Shown: piece after piece, positions 1 through 11,822 of the stretch
Numbering within the stretch: position 1 is the stretch's first letter
How the letters are laid out: each line of letters begins with the position of its first letter
DNA from: Tricharina praecox
Lineage: Eukaryota
NCBI RefSeq assembly: GCF_024521635.1
Contig: NW_026250404.1
Location: 2,108,001 to 2,172,000 of the forward strand
Direction: 5' to 3'
Length of the DNA stretch: 64,000 bases
Notes under the pieces: model-generated
What the model saw: the letters and a program-made list of their open reading frames with translations, nothing else
What the model was told of the DNA's origin: nothing
Database searches by the model: none
Made by a program: the position numbers and the translations under genes

Positions 1-56
1 TGTGAGTGCTTTTCCGAGGGCTTTTTGACAATGTGAGGAGAAAGGAAGCACACAGA

Positions 57-212
57 GAGGAGAGAGGAAATGGAAGGTTGGCTGTCTGTTCGATAGATGA
101 TGATCGAGAAAGAAGAAGACGACGACCCTGCCAGGCCCGCCAACCTTAATTCCCACCAAACTTTGATGCCCACTGCTAACCACATTCGTCTTCTCCCGCC
201 GACGGGTGTCCT
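57..212. repeat. Copy 1 of a ~160 bp direct duplication (copy 2 at ~1829-1995)
   Basis: Shared blocks in the same order and orientation: gagaggaaa..ggttggc.gtct.ttcgata, gatgatgatcgagaaagaagaaga, gacgaccc.gcca.gcccgccaac, ttgatgcccact.ctaaccacattcgt.ttctcccgccgac.ggt. Confidence 0.85.
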
Positions 213-521
213 CCTTCCTCCCTATCTTCGCGTGTACGACTACGGCGTACATCACTACTACAAGTACATAATTCACAAACCCATCGCACCCGTGAATCAA
301 TCACCCACTTCATCCATCAGTAGTACATGCATTTTCCCGATCGCGCAACCTGAGCGAGCTTATGACTCAAATCCGCCGATTTCTCCCGTCAAATATAAAC
401 AACCCTTCCGCCCATCCAATAACACAGACTTCCACACCGCCACACGGCTCCACCAACTTCAACCATGGCGCGCATACAACTCCCATACCAAGTGCCTATT
501 CGCACTAGATATGCCATAACA

Positions 522-1516
522 TTAAGCCATGCTCACCAACGATGTGAACACCACAGCTGCCCACAAGAATATGGCACCCACAGCGACACCTATGCCAAAG
601 TTCTTCGAAACCACTCCAACAACGATGCCCGAGACAATACTGGCAACCATTCCAAACACAAACACGATGAGAACACCAAAGACGTTCAATCCTTCGACAA
701 AATGCAATCCATATTCCGAACCACTGAGTCCGGCCCCTGGCCGGCAGAGTCAATTCAAAGGAGCCTTCTCGGTATGTATTCGAAAATTTGACTTGTTCGA
801 CCCATTTTTCGAGAATGAAAGTGGCGAACGAGGAGTGTATCGCTCAACGGCTGTGTTCCGGCCTCCCCATTCTTGAAGATGTACCGTTGTTGATCTTCGG
901 GAAGCGCTGGTCGAATGATGTTGACGTAATCTCCATCGTAAACGTTGAACTAGAAAAGCCACAGGTCAACTCTAAAAAATATTTTCTCAAATTCCCAAGA
1001 AGTGAGGATTGTGCTCGCCTTCACAAACGTGATATGAGCTAGTGTCTTCGGAGATAGGCTACGGCTAAGCCGACTGGCCCTGCTATAGTATTCTGTTCGG
1101 AACAAATCAAAGACTTCTCGATCAGAAGTTGGCTCCATGATTGGGACTTGGTGTAGATGACAATCGGTCGTGAACCGGCCATGGATCCGAAGCTTGCTCA
1201 CATCGAAACACAGCAAGATGTATCGTGGCTCGCCGACTATGTCCATATCGGATGCTGTAGTAAGCCCTTCCTCAAGCCGATGTTGGGCGGCGTCGTCGGA
1301 TGGACGTGCGGGCGAACTCTCAAGGGAAACTGCAGTGATGGGGGACGCCGATCCTACCGATGGCATGTGCGGAGACGCCGCATTGCCCGTTGAAACCGAA
1401 GGTATTTCGAGGCCCCGGATGGGAGGAGGAGGCGTCCCGTGTGCCTGAGCCGTGGAGTCCCCAATGCACGTGTACTCCGGTGGATCGAATGGCCACCAAC
1501 CTACCGGGCTTGCCAC
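522..1516 (-). pseudogene. Uncharacterised fungal protein with C-terminal TM hairpin, apparently disrupted by a stop plus frameshift near 750-760
   Basis: Exon 1 (1516-1019) ends ..HITFVK. A putative GC-AG intron (1018-950) has a gttgac branch and ttttctag acceptor. Exon 2 reads FNVYDGDYVNIIRPALPEDQQRYIFK..FEYIPRRLL* with TGA at 757-755. A hydrophobic continuation (..SEYGLHFVEGLNVFGVLIVFVFG..) lies in another frame to 522. Confidence 0.5.
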
Positions 1517-1828
1517 TCTTTTTTCAAACCAAATCTAGAAACTACTCCAAGCACGTCGAGCAAAGGATTTCGGGCCAAGATTCTGTGCTTCGACATCGGA
1601 AAATGGGGCCTCCGAAACGACCGCAGTAATCGGATCGATAGTCTGAGCCGGAAGGTCTTCAGGAACATCACCGATAGGATGAGTAGTCGACAGATGAAAG
1701 GGAGTTTTCATGGCTGTTGGGTGTCGATGCTGATTCTCGTATGCTTAGAGGGGACTCTGGAGTCTGTGGGGAATGTGAGGAGGATATGATCAAAAAAAAA
1801 ACTAGCAAGGCGCGGTTGGTATATAGAG

Positions 1829-1995
1829 GAGAGAGAGGAAATTGGGGGTTGGCCGTCTATTCGATACCTAGATGATGATCGAGAAAGAAGAAGAGGAAGA
1901 AGAAGACGACCCCGCCATGCCCGCCAACTTTGATTCCCACCAACGTTGATGCCCACTACTAACCACATTCGTTTTCTCCCGCCGACAGGTATCCC
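1829..1995. repeat. Copy 2 of the ~160 bp direct duplication
   Basis: Aligns by eye with 57-212. Confidence 0.85.
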
Positions 1996-2899
1996 CCGAC
2001 GACTTCCTCCTCTCGCCGACAGCTCCTCCATCCCTGAGTGCACTTGGGCCTATTCCAAATGACGATTAGTGGGTGCCGCGTGAAAGGGAGGTTTTGGTGA
2101 CTGCCATAAATCATGATCTAGAACCCGGGTTAAAGTTAGAGTGATGAATAGTGCCAAAGCAATTTCTTGTTTGACTCGACCTTGTCCCGCCCCGCAGCTT
2201 ATGGCGTGAAAGTTTTTCTAGGCTGAGCCTGACAGAGGTGTTTGTTTACGTCTTTGAAGTATGTAGGTGCAGCCTCGTTCCGCCTTCAGGCTGCACTCCG
2301 ACTAGCACTTGAGTAGGTAGAGTTCCTTGGCTGACTGCAACACTTCATCAGCAGAATCTCCCATGTATATTCGACCTTGGTAGATCATGGCAGATTACGT
2401 ATCCTTTTTCACCCGGCTCTCCCGGACCGCTGAACGGCCACGAGCTCGATACCGGTTCCCTAATGCTCGCCGCCCAGCCCTCGCGGCATAACCCCCGCCC
2501 AGCCCTCTCAGCTCAACCGCCCGCCCGCTCAACCTCCCGCTCAACCTCCCGCTCAACCACCTCCCAGCGCAACCCCACTCGTGTCCGATCATGCGGCAAT
2601 TTCTTCGCGAGTGTGCGGGTCGAAGAGAAGAGTGATACCCCATGCATCGGCAATGATTCTCATCGGACCATGTCGCCACGAAGCCTGCTGGCTTCCTCCT
2701 CGATGTTCGCTTCAAAGTTCAGCACCCATTCCAGATCCTACCTCACATCACATTTCCAAGGTTGAATCCGTATCTAGCACGCTCTCAATCAATCACTAAT
2801 ATTTGCACAACAATTAATTATCATTTTATGATTAGACTACATAACTACCGCAGATACATGGGTTAACAGACACGAGAAACAAAGCACAAAACCTCGCGA

Positions 2900-4252
2900 T
2901 CAATTCTGCCCCTCAAACTCATCCTCCACCTCGGCATCCTCAATGTGCGGTGCCTCAACTTCCTCATCCTCAACATCCTCGGCGTCATCCCCGGCGGGGA
3001 CGGTCGGGGGTGCGGGGACAGTCGGGGGTGCGGGGACAGTCGGGGGTGCAGGGCCAGTCGGGGGAGTGGTTGGGGGTGCAGGGGTGGTTGGGGGAGTAGT
3101 CGGGGGCGCGGGGGCTGTTGGCGGCGCAGGGACAGTCGGGGGCGCAGGCGTGCCAGTGCCAGAGAGAGTCAGCTTGATATCATCAAACATCAAATCCCTA
3201 TGCTGGCCGGCGGGGACGGAGCCCGAGCAGACGACCCTGACGACCATTCTGACGCGGGCCGCAGTAGCGGTCCAAGTACCACGGGTCTCCAACCAGGTGG
3301 TCTCTATGGTACTGGCGCTCTGCGCAACCTGCTGTCCGCCAATGGTGAAAGTGGCGATACACCCGCTGATGAAATTCGGGCGACGGGTGAACGCGGACAG
3401 ATCGTATTTGGAGCCGGGGCAGACTTGCATGGTCTGCCCGAACGTGTAGAAAGATGTACCGGGGGCAGCGCGGGGGATGCGGACGCGGAAGTGCGAGGTG
3501 CCGCTGTGGGACGGGTTCGTCGATGAGGTGTCGAGGACATTACCGCCGGCTCCACCGTTGAAGTTGATCTCCTCCCAGGGGTCGCTGTCGTCCTGGATCT
3601 CGAATCCGCCGTTGCCGGCGGGGGAGGTGCGCGTGCAGGTGGTGGGGACAACTGGTCCTGGGGTGCAGACGCCAGCACTGTTGACCTGCATGTTGTTAGT
3701 TGGGCGTCATACTAGAGGCTAGGGGGTTGTTACCGTTTGTGTGAGGCGGTCCGTGACGGTGACGGTGGTCGCGTCGGGGGTCAAAGTCGTTGTCTCCTTG
3801 ACAGTGACAGCCGCCGGAGTCGAAGTCAAAGTCTCGGTCTCGCGGACAGTAATCGGCGCCAGAGTAGAAGTAGAAGTCTCGGTCTCGATGACAGTGACCG
3901 GCACCGGGGTGAAAGTCTGGACGGTGGTCACCGTCTCCGTAAGGCGATCAAGAGTGATACTCTCAGTTGTGGTACTGGTACGGGTGGCCGGGCTGGGTCG
4001 GATCGTGATGATCCTCGTCGAAGGGACGACGGTCCTAGTACTGGTTACAGTTCTGGTTCTGAAGACCCTCCTGGTCGTAACAACCCATCTAGTCGAGCTG
4101 GTTTCCAAGTGGAGTTAGTTGCTGGTTTTGTTTTACATTATGGAGAAAAGAAGGGCTTACACTGGACACCAACCGTTCCTTTGGGGAGCGGCAGCCGCGT
4201 CAGCAACAGCGGCAGCCGCAAGGGCCAGGGAAGCGAGCACGGTGAACTTCAT
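2900..4252 (-). CDS. Secreted Thr-rich protein with a CBM4/9-like (galactose-binding-like) domain and Pro/Thr repeat tail; 3 exons
   Basis: Signal peptide MKFTVLASLALAAAAVADAAAAP. Introns 4160-4098 and 3733-3686 (GT..ctaac..AG) join the ORFs in frame. NGGFE..W..Q.M.VCPGSKYDLSAF..W..G.WTA..L.FDDI.L pattern is typical of CBM4/9-like beta-sandwiches. (PTxPAP)n repeats and an acidic tail follow. Confidence 0.75.
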
Positions 4253-5989
4253 GGCGAAATAGCGGATGGAAAAAAGCGAATGTGTGACGGAAATTCCGAA
4301 TGAAGAAACAAAAAAGAGTGACAGATGGTGACCGGAATGAGTGACGGTGACCAAAAATGAATGACGACGGACAGTGGTGCTAGATGAGAGCATTCACTGG
4401 GAGGGACGAAGGATAGGTTTTATGTATGGGCCATGGCACTGGCCGTGCGATTTTGTGGCTTGAATAAGGGGTGAGACATCAGAAGTTCCTGCGCACTTTT
4501 GACGTATCGTATGGCGAATCGGTGGTGCTGCTGGCGTTTTCTTTGGTTCGCTAGCGAGATGGCGGCTGGGCTACTTGGCGAGCTAGCGGCCTTTGGGAGG
4601 GGCAGTCATTGACCAGTGCTAAGACGACTGCACTGACGAACTCGAGCATGCAGGTACACACAACTCAGGCACGGTCAGCGGAATTGGCATAGGGGAGGGG
4701 GTGTTACATATGTAGGTCGATGGGGAAGCGCCATGGGAAAGCCGACTTGGGCGCCTTCGACTATTCTGGAACCAAACATTCGGATTTCGCCGGCCATAAC
4801 CGTCCGATATGTTAGCATTCGGGCCGCCGTAGTCAGTGGAAGGTCAGACAAAACGCAACAAACGTCCAATAGCCGCCAGTCGAAACTACGGTATGGCGGT
4901 GGTGAACTGACCTCTGAGCTCTCCACCTCGATCACACTAATGTCGTGGCCGAAAGTCGCAACGTGAAGTCTTCAAGTTCCATGTTTCCCAGCTAGAATCC
5001 CTTGGCTGTGGTTCGATTCACATTGTTACATACCCGCACAGGGGTAAAGTAGAGACAAGCGAGGAGCTTATTTTCATTAGCATCGCCAGCCTTGTAGGTA
5101 GCACAAGGCCTACCAGCAGCAAGCCCATACCCCCTGGAGTTATCGCCCCTTCCCCTGAAAATTGTGGAAATCTATCGCATCATGTCACCCGGAGAAGGGG
5201 CCGGCCAGATTGGTGACGAGCGTTTCTAGACACAACGTAGCGCCTTAGCTTCCAAAAGCTTTTTTCACTCGTCTGCGACTCTGCGGCCCAGTAAAGTCTA
5301 GTTATCACCAATCCCCACGGCTGAAAAGTAGTTAAGCGGGGGTAAATCCTCACGTCAAATTTCGAGACCACATCTGGTGGAAGTGTATACATATACTCTA
5401 GATACACATAACGGCAACCGGAGAACTACTATTAGAAGATGCACGTATTTCTTTGATGCACTTCAAGGTTCAGGGGACCCGTGTGCGCACTGCGGGTGCA
5501 GGCTTCAATCTGTGAGGCTTGAGCTGCACGTCACGGGGGCTATTTTCTTGGTAACAGGTATGCATAACTATTCTTTACTTGCTCGAAATGAGGATTTCTG
5601 GAGGCTGAAACTTTCTAGGATCTAGGTATTGCGCAGTAGAAAGGGGCCAGGAAAAAAGCGGAGCGGTTGCACTATTGATGAGGGCTTATGTATGTGCCCT
5701 GTTCTGCAGTTTCTGAAGATTCCGATCACCTGATTCTCACTCAATTTCGTCATGATTTCTCTGCCCCATTTCTGCATATCCCACCCCAACCTCGATCCGT
5801 CTCCAGCCGGTTTGTTGTGGCTCCCTCTACCCTCCGCCATGACCATCCACAAAAGTGTACTGCGCACCAAAGAAATTGCAAAGGAAACGGGAGAGCCCGC
5901 ATCTGCGCCTCGTCCCCTAATCCCCCGCCCGTTCTTCGGGGGATATTATGAAGGAGGGCGTGGGGGATATCTAGTTGGGTTTCCCCGCT

Positions 5990-6600
5990 CTTCAATCTCG
6001 TCCCCCCGTCTCCTCTCTTCTTTCTTCCTACTCACTGGCTCGGAGTTTCTACCTACCTCACTGGCTACGTCTTCCTCAGCTACCTCCAATCCCGTCTGCC
6101 CATGCCCCAGTGGTAGCCAGGAAGTCCAGGATCGCTGGGCTGCACCGCTCGTCCGCGAAGTGGTCCCGGATCTTGAATCGGCCTTCGCCCTCCCCGCCTC
6201 CTTCCACGCTTACACCCGCAGGATTTTTCGCTGGCCTTTCCGCTGGGGACAGCACCTAAAGAGTGTGCTCCCACATCTAGTAAAGTACCGGCATCATCCG
6301 CGGACCGCACTTGGTGTTAGATTGGAATTTGACTTTTTTGTTTTTCTGTTGGATCATCTTTGCATCCGACCTTATTAAATCATGGCTGATGGAACAAGTC
6401 TCCGACCGCTGGCCACAGGACTCGATGTGGAATCCCTATCTATCGCTCTCCGCTCACCCCTTCATGTGCTGCCTGCATAGAGGAAATTACATGAAGGAGA
6501 AGTACCCACATAATCCAGCCCTATCCAGCCTCCTCCGGCAACTCGCTGCCACCAACATGTCTGCCTAGTTTCTCGTCTCTCTCCGCCGTTTCAGGTTCTA
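5990..6600 (-). mobile_element. Degenerate non-LTR retrotransposon (LINE, Tad/I-like) ORF2 C-terminal relic
   Basis: Minus-strand frames give LFRCCPQRKGQRKIL..WKEAGR, then RFKIRDHFADERCSPAILDFLATT (~6181-6107), then EEDVASE..EERRR. This matches the HLF..C..W..LW..GR..IRDL.ADERCS.A.LDFL..T end of fungal LINE ORF2 as I recall it. Many stops and frameshifts. Boundaries are approximate. Confidence 0.6.
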
Positions 6601-8026
6601 GAGTCTCTCGTTCCTCTTCCTTCTTTCTCGGGAGAGTCAGTGCCAGGCTGGCTCTTGCCGCGTTTTAGTCTATCGGTGGGCCTGGCGAGCTTAGGATTTG
6701 TGGGCTGGTCGTCGATGCCTGGCTGAAGGGTGGGGGGTTAGAAAAGCGTTTCCTCCTCCCGTCTCTCCTTCTCGATGTCTCTCTCTTCTTGCCATTGTTC
6801 GGTCCGTCTCATAGTCTCCGCCCTGGCTCCAGTTTCCTCTGACCCGTTGGTCGGCTATACGACGTCTGACTCGGTGTTTGTCACCTCTCTTTCATGCCCA
6901 ATGGTGGGACTCGCCTTCCTACGTCCGTAGTGGTCAGAAAGATGAGAATCTGGTTTTGCATGGTACTAGAATTCCATGTCGAGTGATGCCTGATGCAGGG
7001 TCCTTGGGATCTCGGTAGCTCGAGTTTCTGAAGCGAATAGGTATCGCAAACACCTACAAGGCTACACCCGCCTAAGTAGATCTCTATTCAAGTTGTTTTT
7101 TGTTTATCCTGAATAACATCCATAGAAACACCAGTTTCTATTCGCAGCAAAATTTAGATCACAGCTCCGTTACTGCTACCTATTACTTCTTCCTCCTTCG
7201 CACCGTCCCAAACCCTTCGTTATCAACCTCCGGCTCCTCTTTCTACCTCACCGCAACAGCAGGAAAAAATAGTGCATCTCCCATCTCCTCATCCTCACTA
7301 TCGTCCTCATCGCCACTCGGCCCGGCATCCTGGTCCACAGCCTCGACTTTCGGCGGTAGAATCATCTAGCCGCTAGGCTCCGACAACAACCGTAGGTGTA
7401 GCACCTCAGGTTTTAACCACGGCGAAATTATCTTCAACGATTTGCTTGCTAAGCTCGGCGACTTTCTTCAAGACCTATCGCGTCCCTACTACCAGTACTA
7501 TCGACTCGATGCCTACATCACCGCAGCACCTTTAAGTCGGACATTATACTCCTCATTGCCGTAAGGCGCACTCATATAGTGGGTGGATACCATGATTAAT
7601 AAGCCGGCCGCCGTGAAATAGACAACTTTGGCGTTCAGGAGACTATTTTCTCGTATTAGTTGCGGCGAACTACACGAGATTCCGGGACATTGAGACAACT
7701 TACCGGGGCCAAGAAGCCGTACCGAGAATGGCTGCAGCTGTCACCACGACACCCTAGTGAATGCAGATCCATACGAGCACAATTGAGCATATTGCAACGA
7801 ATCGCTCAGCTCCCCCAACCTCTGTCTGAGTCACCTCTGGAACTGAATTCATCCGAGTGCGGGGTCCATTACATATCATCGTGAGCACCGCGTGGTCCCA
7901 TGGCGCTATCGGGCAACTCGACGAGCACGGGATTATTATAAAGCATGTAGGTATCGCATTCCCAACGGCTTCACTATTGCATCCAGGATCCAATTCTCCA
8001 AAGCACTAGGAATCTAGATCACCACA

Positions 8027-8875
8027 ATGAGCGCCTCCCCACCTACCTCGCTACCGCACATAACGCTCCACGGCTTCCCCAAGTCCGCCAACGCGCCGAG
8101 CTTATCAGGGTACTGCCACAAGCTGGAGACGTTTCTGCGGGCGTCAGGGTTCACGAACTACGTGCACGCATCCTCATCGACGACGTCCTCGGCGCCCAAA
8201 AAGAAGCTTCCGTACATAACTTTGACGACCGCCTCGGGTGTTTCCACGCACTCTGACTCGCACTTCATCGTGCAGCACCTCCTCGCCACGGGCATAGTCC
8301 GCGACATCGACGCCGAAGACGCGGTGCTGGCGCCGCATCAGCGCGCTGACTCCCGCGCGTACATAGCGTGGACTGAGGAGCTCGTCTACCTCGCGGTAGT
8401 CCACACGCGCTGGGCGCGCGACCATAATTTTGCCGTGGTGGCGGCGGGATTGCCGATGCCTGCGATGCTGCGCGGCGTGCTGGCGTGGTGGCTCAGGTGG
8501 AATATCACTAGTGCGCTGTGGACCGCCGGGATTGGAAGGCATAGTGACGGCGAGATCGAGGTGCTGATGAAGGAGTATGTGGATGCTGTGGAGGCGAAGT
8601 TGGCATGGGCTGAGGAGCAGGGCGCACACTGGCTGCTCGCCACGAGGAAACCGGCGCTCGTGGATGTCGTCGTTTGGGCGTTCTTGGCGAATGCGCTCGC
8701 GGAGAACGCGGGGAATAGGGAGTATGCGGCTATGGTCCTCGCGAGGAACCCGCTCAGGAGGTATGTGGAAAGAGGGTGTAGGCTGTGGTTTCCGGAGTAT
8801 GAAGATTTACTGGCGGCGGTTGAGGGGGGTGCGGAGGATGGGGGAGCTTTGGGCGAAGAAGGAACTGGAGCATGA
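8027..8875 (+). CDS. Glutathione S-transferase-like protein, FAX/metaxin family (intronless)
   Basis: N-domain PSLSGYCHKLETFLR..APKKKLPYI..DSHFIVQHL; C-domain GIGRHS.GEI..WLL..KPALVDVVVWAFL. Confidence 0.85.
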   Translation: MSASPPTSLPHITLHGFPKSANAPSLSGYCHKLETFLRASGFTNYVHASSSTTSSAPKKKLPYITLTTASGVSTHSDSHFIVQHLLATGIVRDIDAEDAVLAPHQRADSRAYIAWTEELVYLAVVHTRWARDHNFAVVAAGLPMPAMLRGVLAWWLRWNITSALWTAGIGRHSDGEIEVLMKEYVDAVEAKLAWAEEQGAHWLLATRKPALVDVVVWAFLANALAENAGNREYAAMVLARNPLRRYVERGCRLWFPEYEDLLAAVEGGAEDGGALGEEGTGA

Positions 8876-10120
8876 GACGCAACGGCTGCACTGGGGAGAC
8901 TTTCATGTGTTGTGATATCGTTTGTAGATTTTTATTTGATATCAAATTTAATCCATTGTCCAGGTACTCAATTACTCTCCTAAGCCGAGCGTGGGTTCGC
9001 CGAACCGACCACACACCAGCCATATGGGATCCTGTAAGGCTGCAACGGCCCGCTCTCAGTCTGATATTCAGCAAGCCAGAAGACCCCGAGCAGAATGTTT
9101 AATGTTCGAAGCCATGGCCGATTCATGCGCGTTCGGGACCGGTTGGTCAGCCGGCATCGGCTTTCTCCGGAACGTTAACGCGGAACGGCTGCTGGAAGTT
9201 GCGAAGAGTATCCTTTACTTTGACTACCTAACCGGGCACAGACACGGGCACGGACGAGAGTAGGATGAGGTTAGGAAAAGGTTTAGAAAAAACCGCGGCG
9301 ATAGTACCCTTACCGTAGCTAGACCTGGAAAACTTTACCGATGAAATCCGAACCGGCCAACCCCTCTAGTGTCATATGTACCTACTGGTGATTACAGAGA
9401 GGGATAGAACATCAATTCACTGTCACATACGGCCTTACTAGACCATGTACTAGTGACTGCAGATGTAGTAGACCGTGGCGATGTTCGTGATATGCGAGTG
9501 ATCTCACATGATCATCACCCATGACGACCGTTGACAACTCCGAGCGATCTGCCATGGTCGCCGCGTCGCCGCGCAGGCATCAACCCACCAGCAACAATCG
9601 CGACTCCCATTCCTCGACTAGGCACTCCGTTGCATCGATTCTTGACCAAGGTTGATGGCCTTTTTTGGCGAATCTCACGCGCGGTTGAGTGATAGCTCGT
9701 GACTCGTGAGTGTCTAACCACCGCGCTTGCTACCTGCTACCTGTAGGTTCACCACTCGCCAATAAAGATTTTGCAGTAATCGGCTTTAGTGGGGATGAGC
9801 GAGCAGATTCACACCCGCGAACATCAATGTAAGCACTACTACATAGTACTCTCGGCTGCTAATGACATCACCCGTACCTGCCATGCCGTGCATTGCACCC
9901 TCTATAGCTATCCGAGCGTGTCTCATGAGATTTCCAATTCCGATTCCGATTACGACCCATCAGTGATCACACCGCGGCATAAATAACCAAATAACAAAAC
10001 AGCCAAATAATCAATAAAAAAATGACCAAATGACCAATTACCAAGCAAGCAAGCAATCAGGCGGCAGCAAACACCACAAATTCTCAATCATCAACATCAT
10101 AGCACATAACCCCACCGTCA

Positions 10121-10955
10121 TCACTTGATAAGCTCGTACCCCTCCTCCGGCGGCAACAGCATCGCGCTGAGCGCCAGACACGCCGACAAAGTCAGGGCCA
10201 TGCACCACGAGACGGTGGTAAGAATCCAGCTGATATCCAGCTTCCACCCGACAAAGAATCTATCGTCCCAGTCGTAGAGGTAAGCGACCAGGGACATTGA
10301 CGTGCACTGGAGGACCGCTATTGAGTGTCAGCTTTGGAAGGGTCGTTAAGGCCGAAGTTGAGGACGTAGTTACATACCGACGAGGAGTAAGAAAAAGCTC
10401 ATGAGCTTCCAGCCCCTCTCCCTCGTAGCGCGGCCGCCGAGGAGGACAACGATAAACGCAATGATCACTACGCCCTCGAGCACGACCGCGAGGGACATCA
10501 GGAAGCCCACGGACCGCCACATACTGCAGAAGTAGCGGTCGCTGCCGTGGCAGTCTTCATACGTCGGGAAGTGCGTGCATTTTCCTGTTGTGCTCGAACA
10601 GCGCCGGTGGAGGCCGTAGGTATACGTTATGGGTGTACCGTCGACCTAGGTGCGGATGTCAGTGGTGGAGAGGAAGGGGTGCGGTGCGGGATGGGTCCGT
10701 ACGAATGTGTCGCGATAGGATATCCACCGCGGAATGATAATCGACACTAGAGTGAGAGCCGATGCTGGACAGTGAACGGACAATGTCAGCACTTTGGTTG
10801 AAGAGTAGTGGCGTCGTTCGTTGGACGGGCCGTCGCCGTCTGCCCTGGGGCTTGCGGGAGTTGCGGGGCTAAATCAAGCAAGGTACCCATGACGTTCGTT
10901 ACGTACCCGCGACGAATGCGGCCAGTGAGGACGCATATACCAGCGCCCGAGTCAT
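10121..10955 (-). CDS. Conserved fungal 4-TM claudin/SUR7-like membrane protein; 4 exons, absent from the ORF track
   Basis: Hand splicing (first intron 10906-10765) gives MTRALVYASSLAAFVA/ASALTLVSIIIPRWISY../..YTYGLHRRCSSTTGKCTHFPTYEDCHGSDRYFCSMWRSVGFLMS..GWKL../..EEGYELIK*. It has the W..GL..C claudin-like loop and hydrophobic helices. Confidence 0.85.
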
Positions 10956-11822
10956 TGCGATGAATGCCGACGGGTTGTCTTTCTTGACTTTTCGTAGGTT
11001 ATATTCGAAGCTGATTTTCGTTGTAAAGGCGTAGATGTAGATCAGAGGCGGGAGGAAAAGCGGAGAGGGCAGTTATGGTAGAGGTGGTGGTAGAGGTGGT
11101 GGTGGGGGTGGGGGTAGTGGGTGTCCGGCCTGTATCAATCAAGCGGCAAGAAGCAAAGCATGCGAGGCCCGCAGCGTCCTACTTGATTCGTAGACCACTT
11201 CACGTGAGGAAACGGACGACCGTTCCGAGAGGTGCAGGAAAGCAACAGGAACTGCGGATCGGGGCGGGGCCGGAGGATGCCGCATATCGAGGTTGAGGTT
11301 CGGAATCGCAGCATTCGGGTGGGTACTCCCAGAGGGGACGGTTGTGGTGGTTGTGGTGGTGGAGGGTGGGCAGGACGCAGCCAGCCTTGCTTGTCGATTG
11401 TTGATTGCCGCAGATAGAGGGTTTGCTTCTTTGAATAGGAAGCTCCACTCACTCGCGAGCGACAATGAATCGCGCGACGTTATCTGTCGACATCGCCGTA
11501 CGAGGATGTGCCTACATACCACAAAATTGATAGCGCCGGAAAGTGCACGATAAAGATCTGCCTCCGCTTCGGGAGACAGCCGCCGGGCTTGGCTGGCTGG
11601 AGTAAAGGCTTCTTTTCTTCCGAGTAGACATTAGAGTAGAGTCCGAATCCCCTGCACCGTGTCCGGCGTCACAGTGATCCCGGCCCGCGATGAGTGATCC
11701 ACCATGAGTCTCCCTACCGAGCCCCGCCACGCCAAGCCGCGCATCACTCACCATTTTTCTTCAACTGAGCCTCTCCACCGCTCAATCCGCCATCCCAAAC
11801 AGTCGCGGGCACGCAACGCACC

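Noticed and set aside
5752..6378. 208-aa plus-strand ORF
   Set aside because: Largely antisense to the LINE relic and has no recognisable domain.
8990..9370. AACCG/CGGTT-rich stretch as a possible MITE
   Set aside because: Could not identify matching terminal inverted repeats or a TSD.
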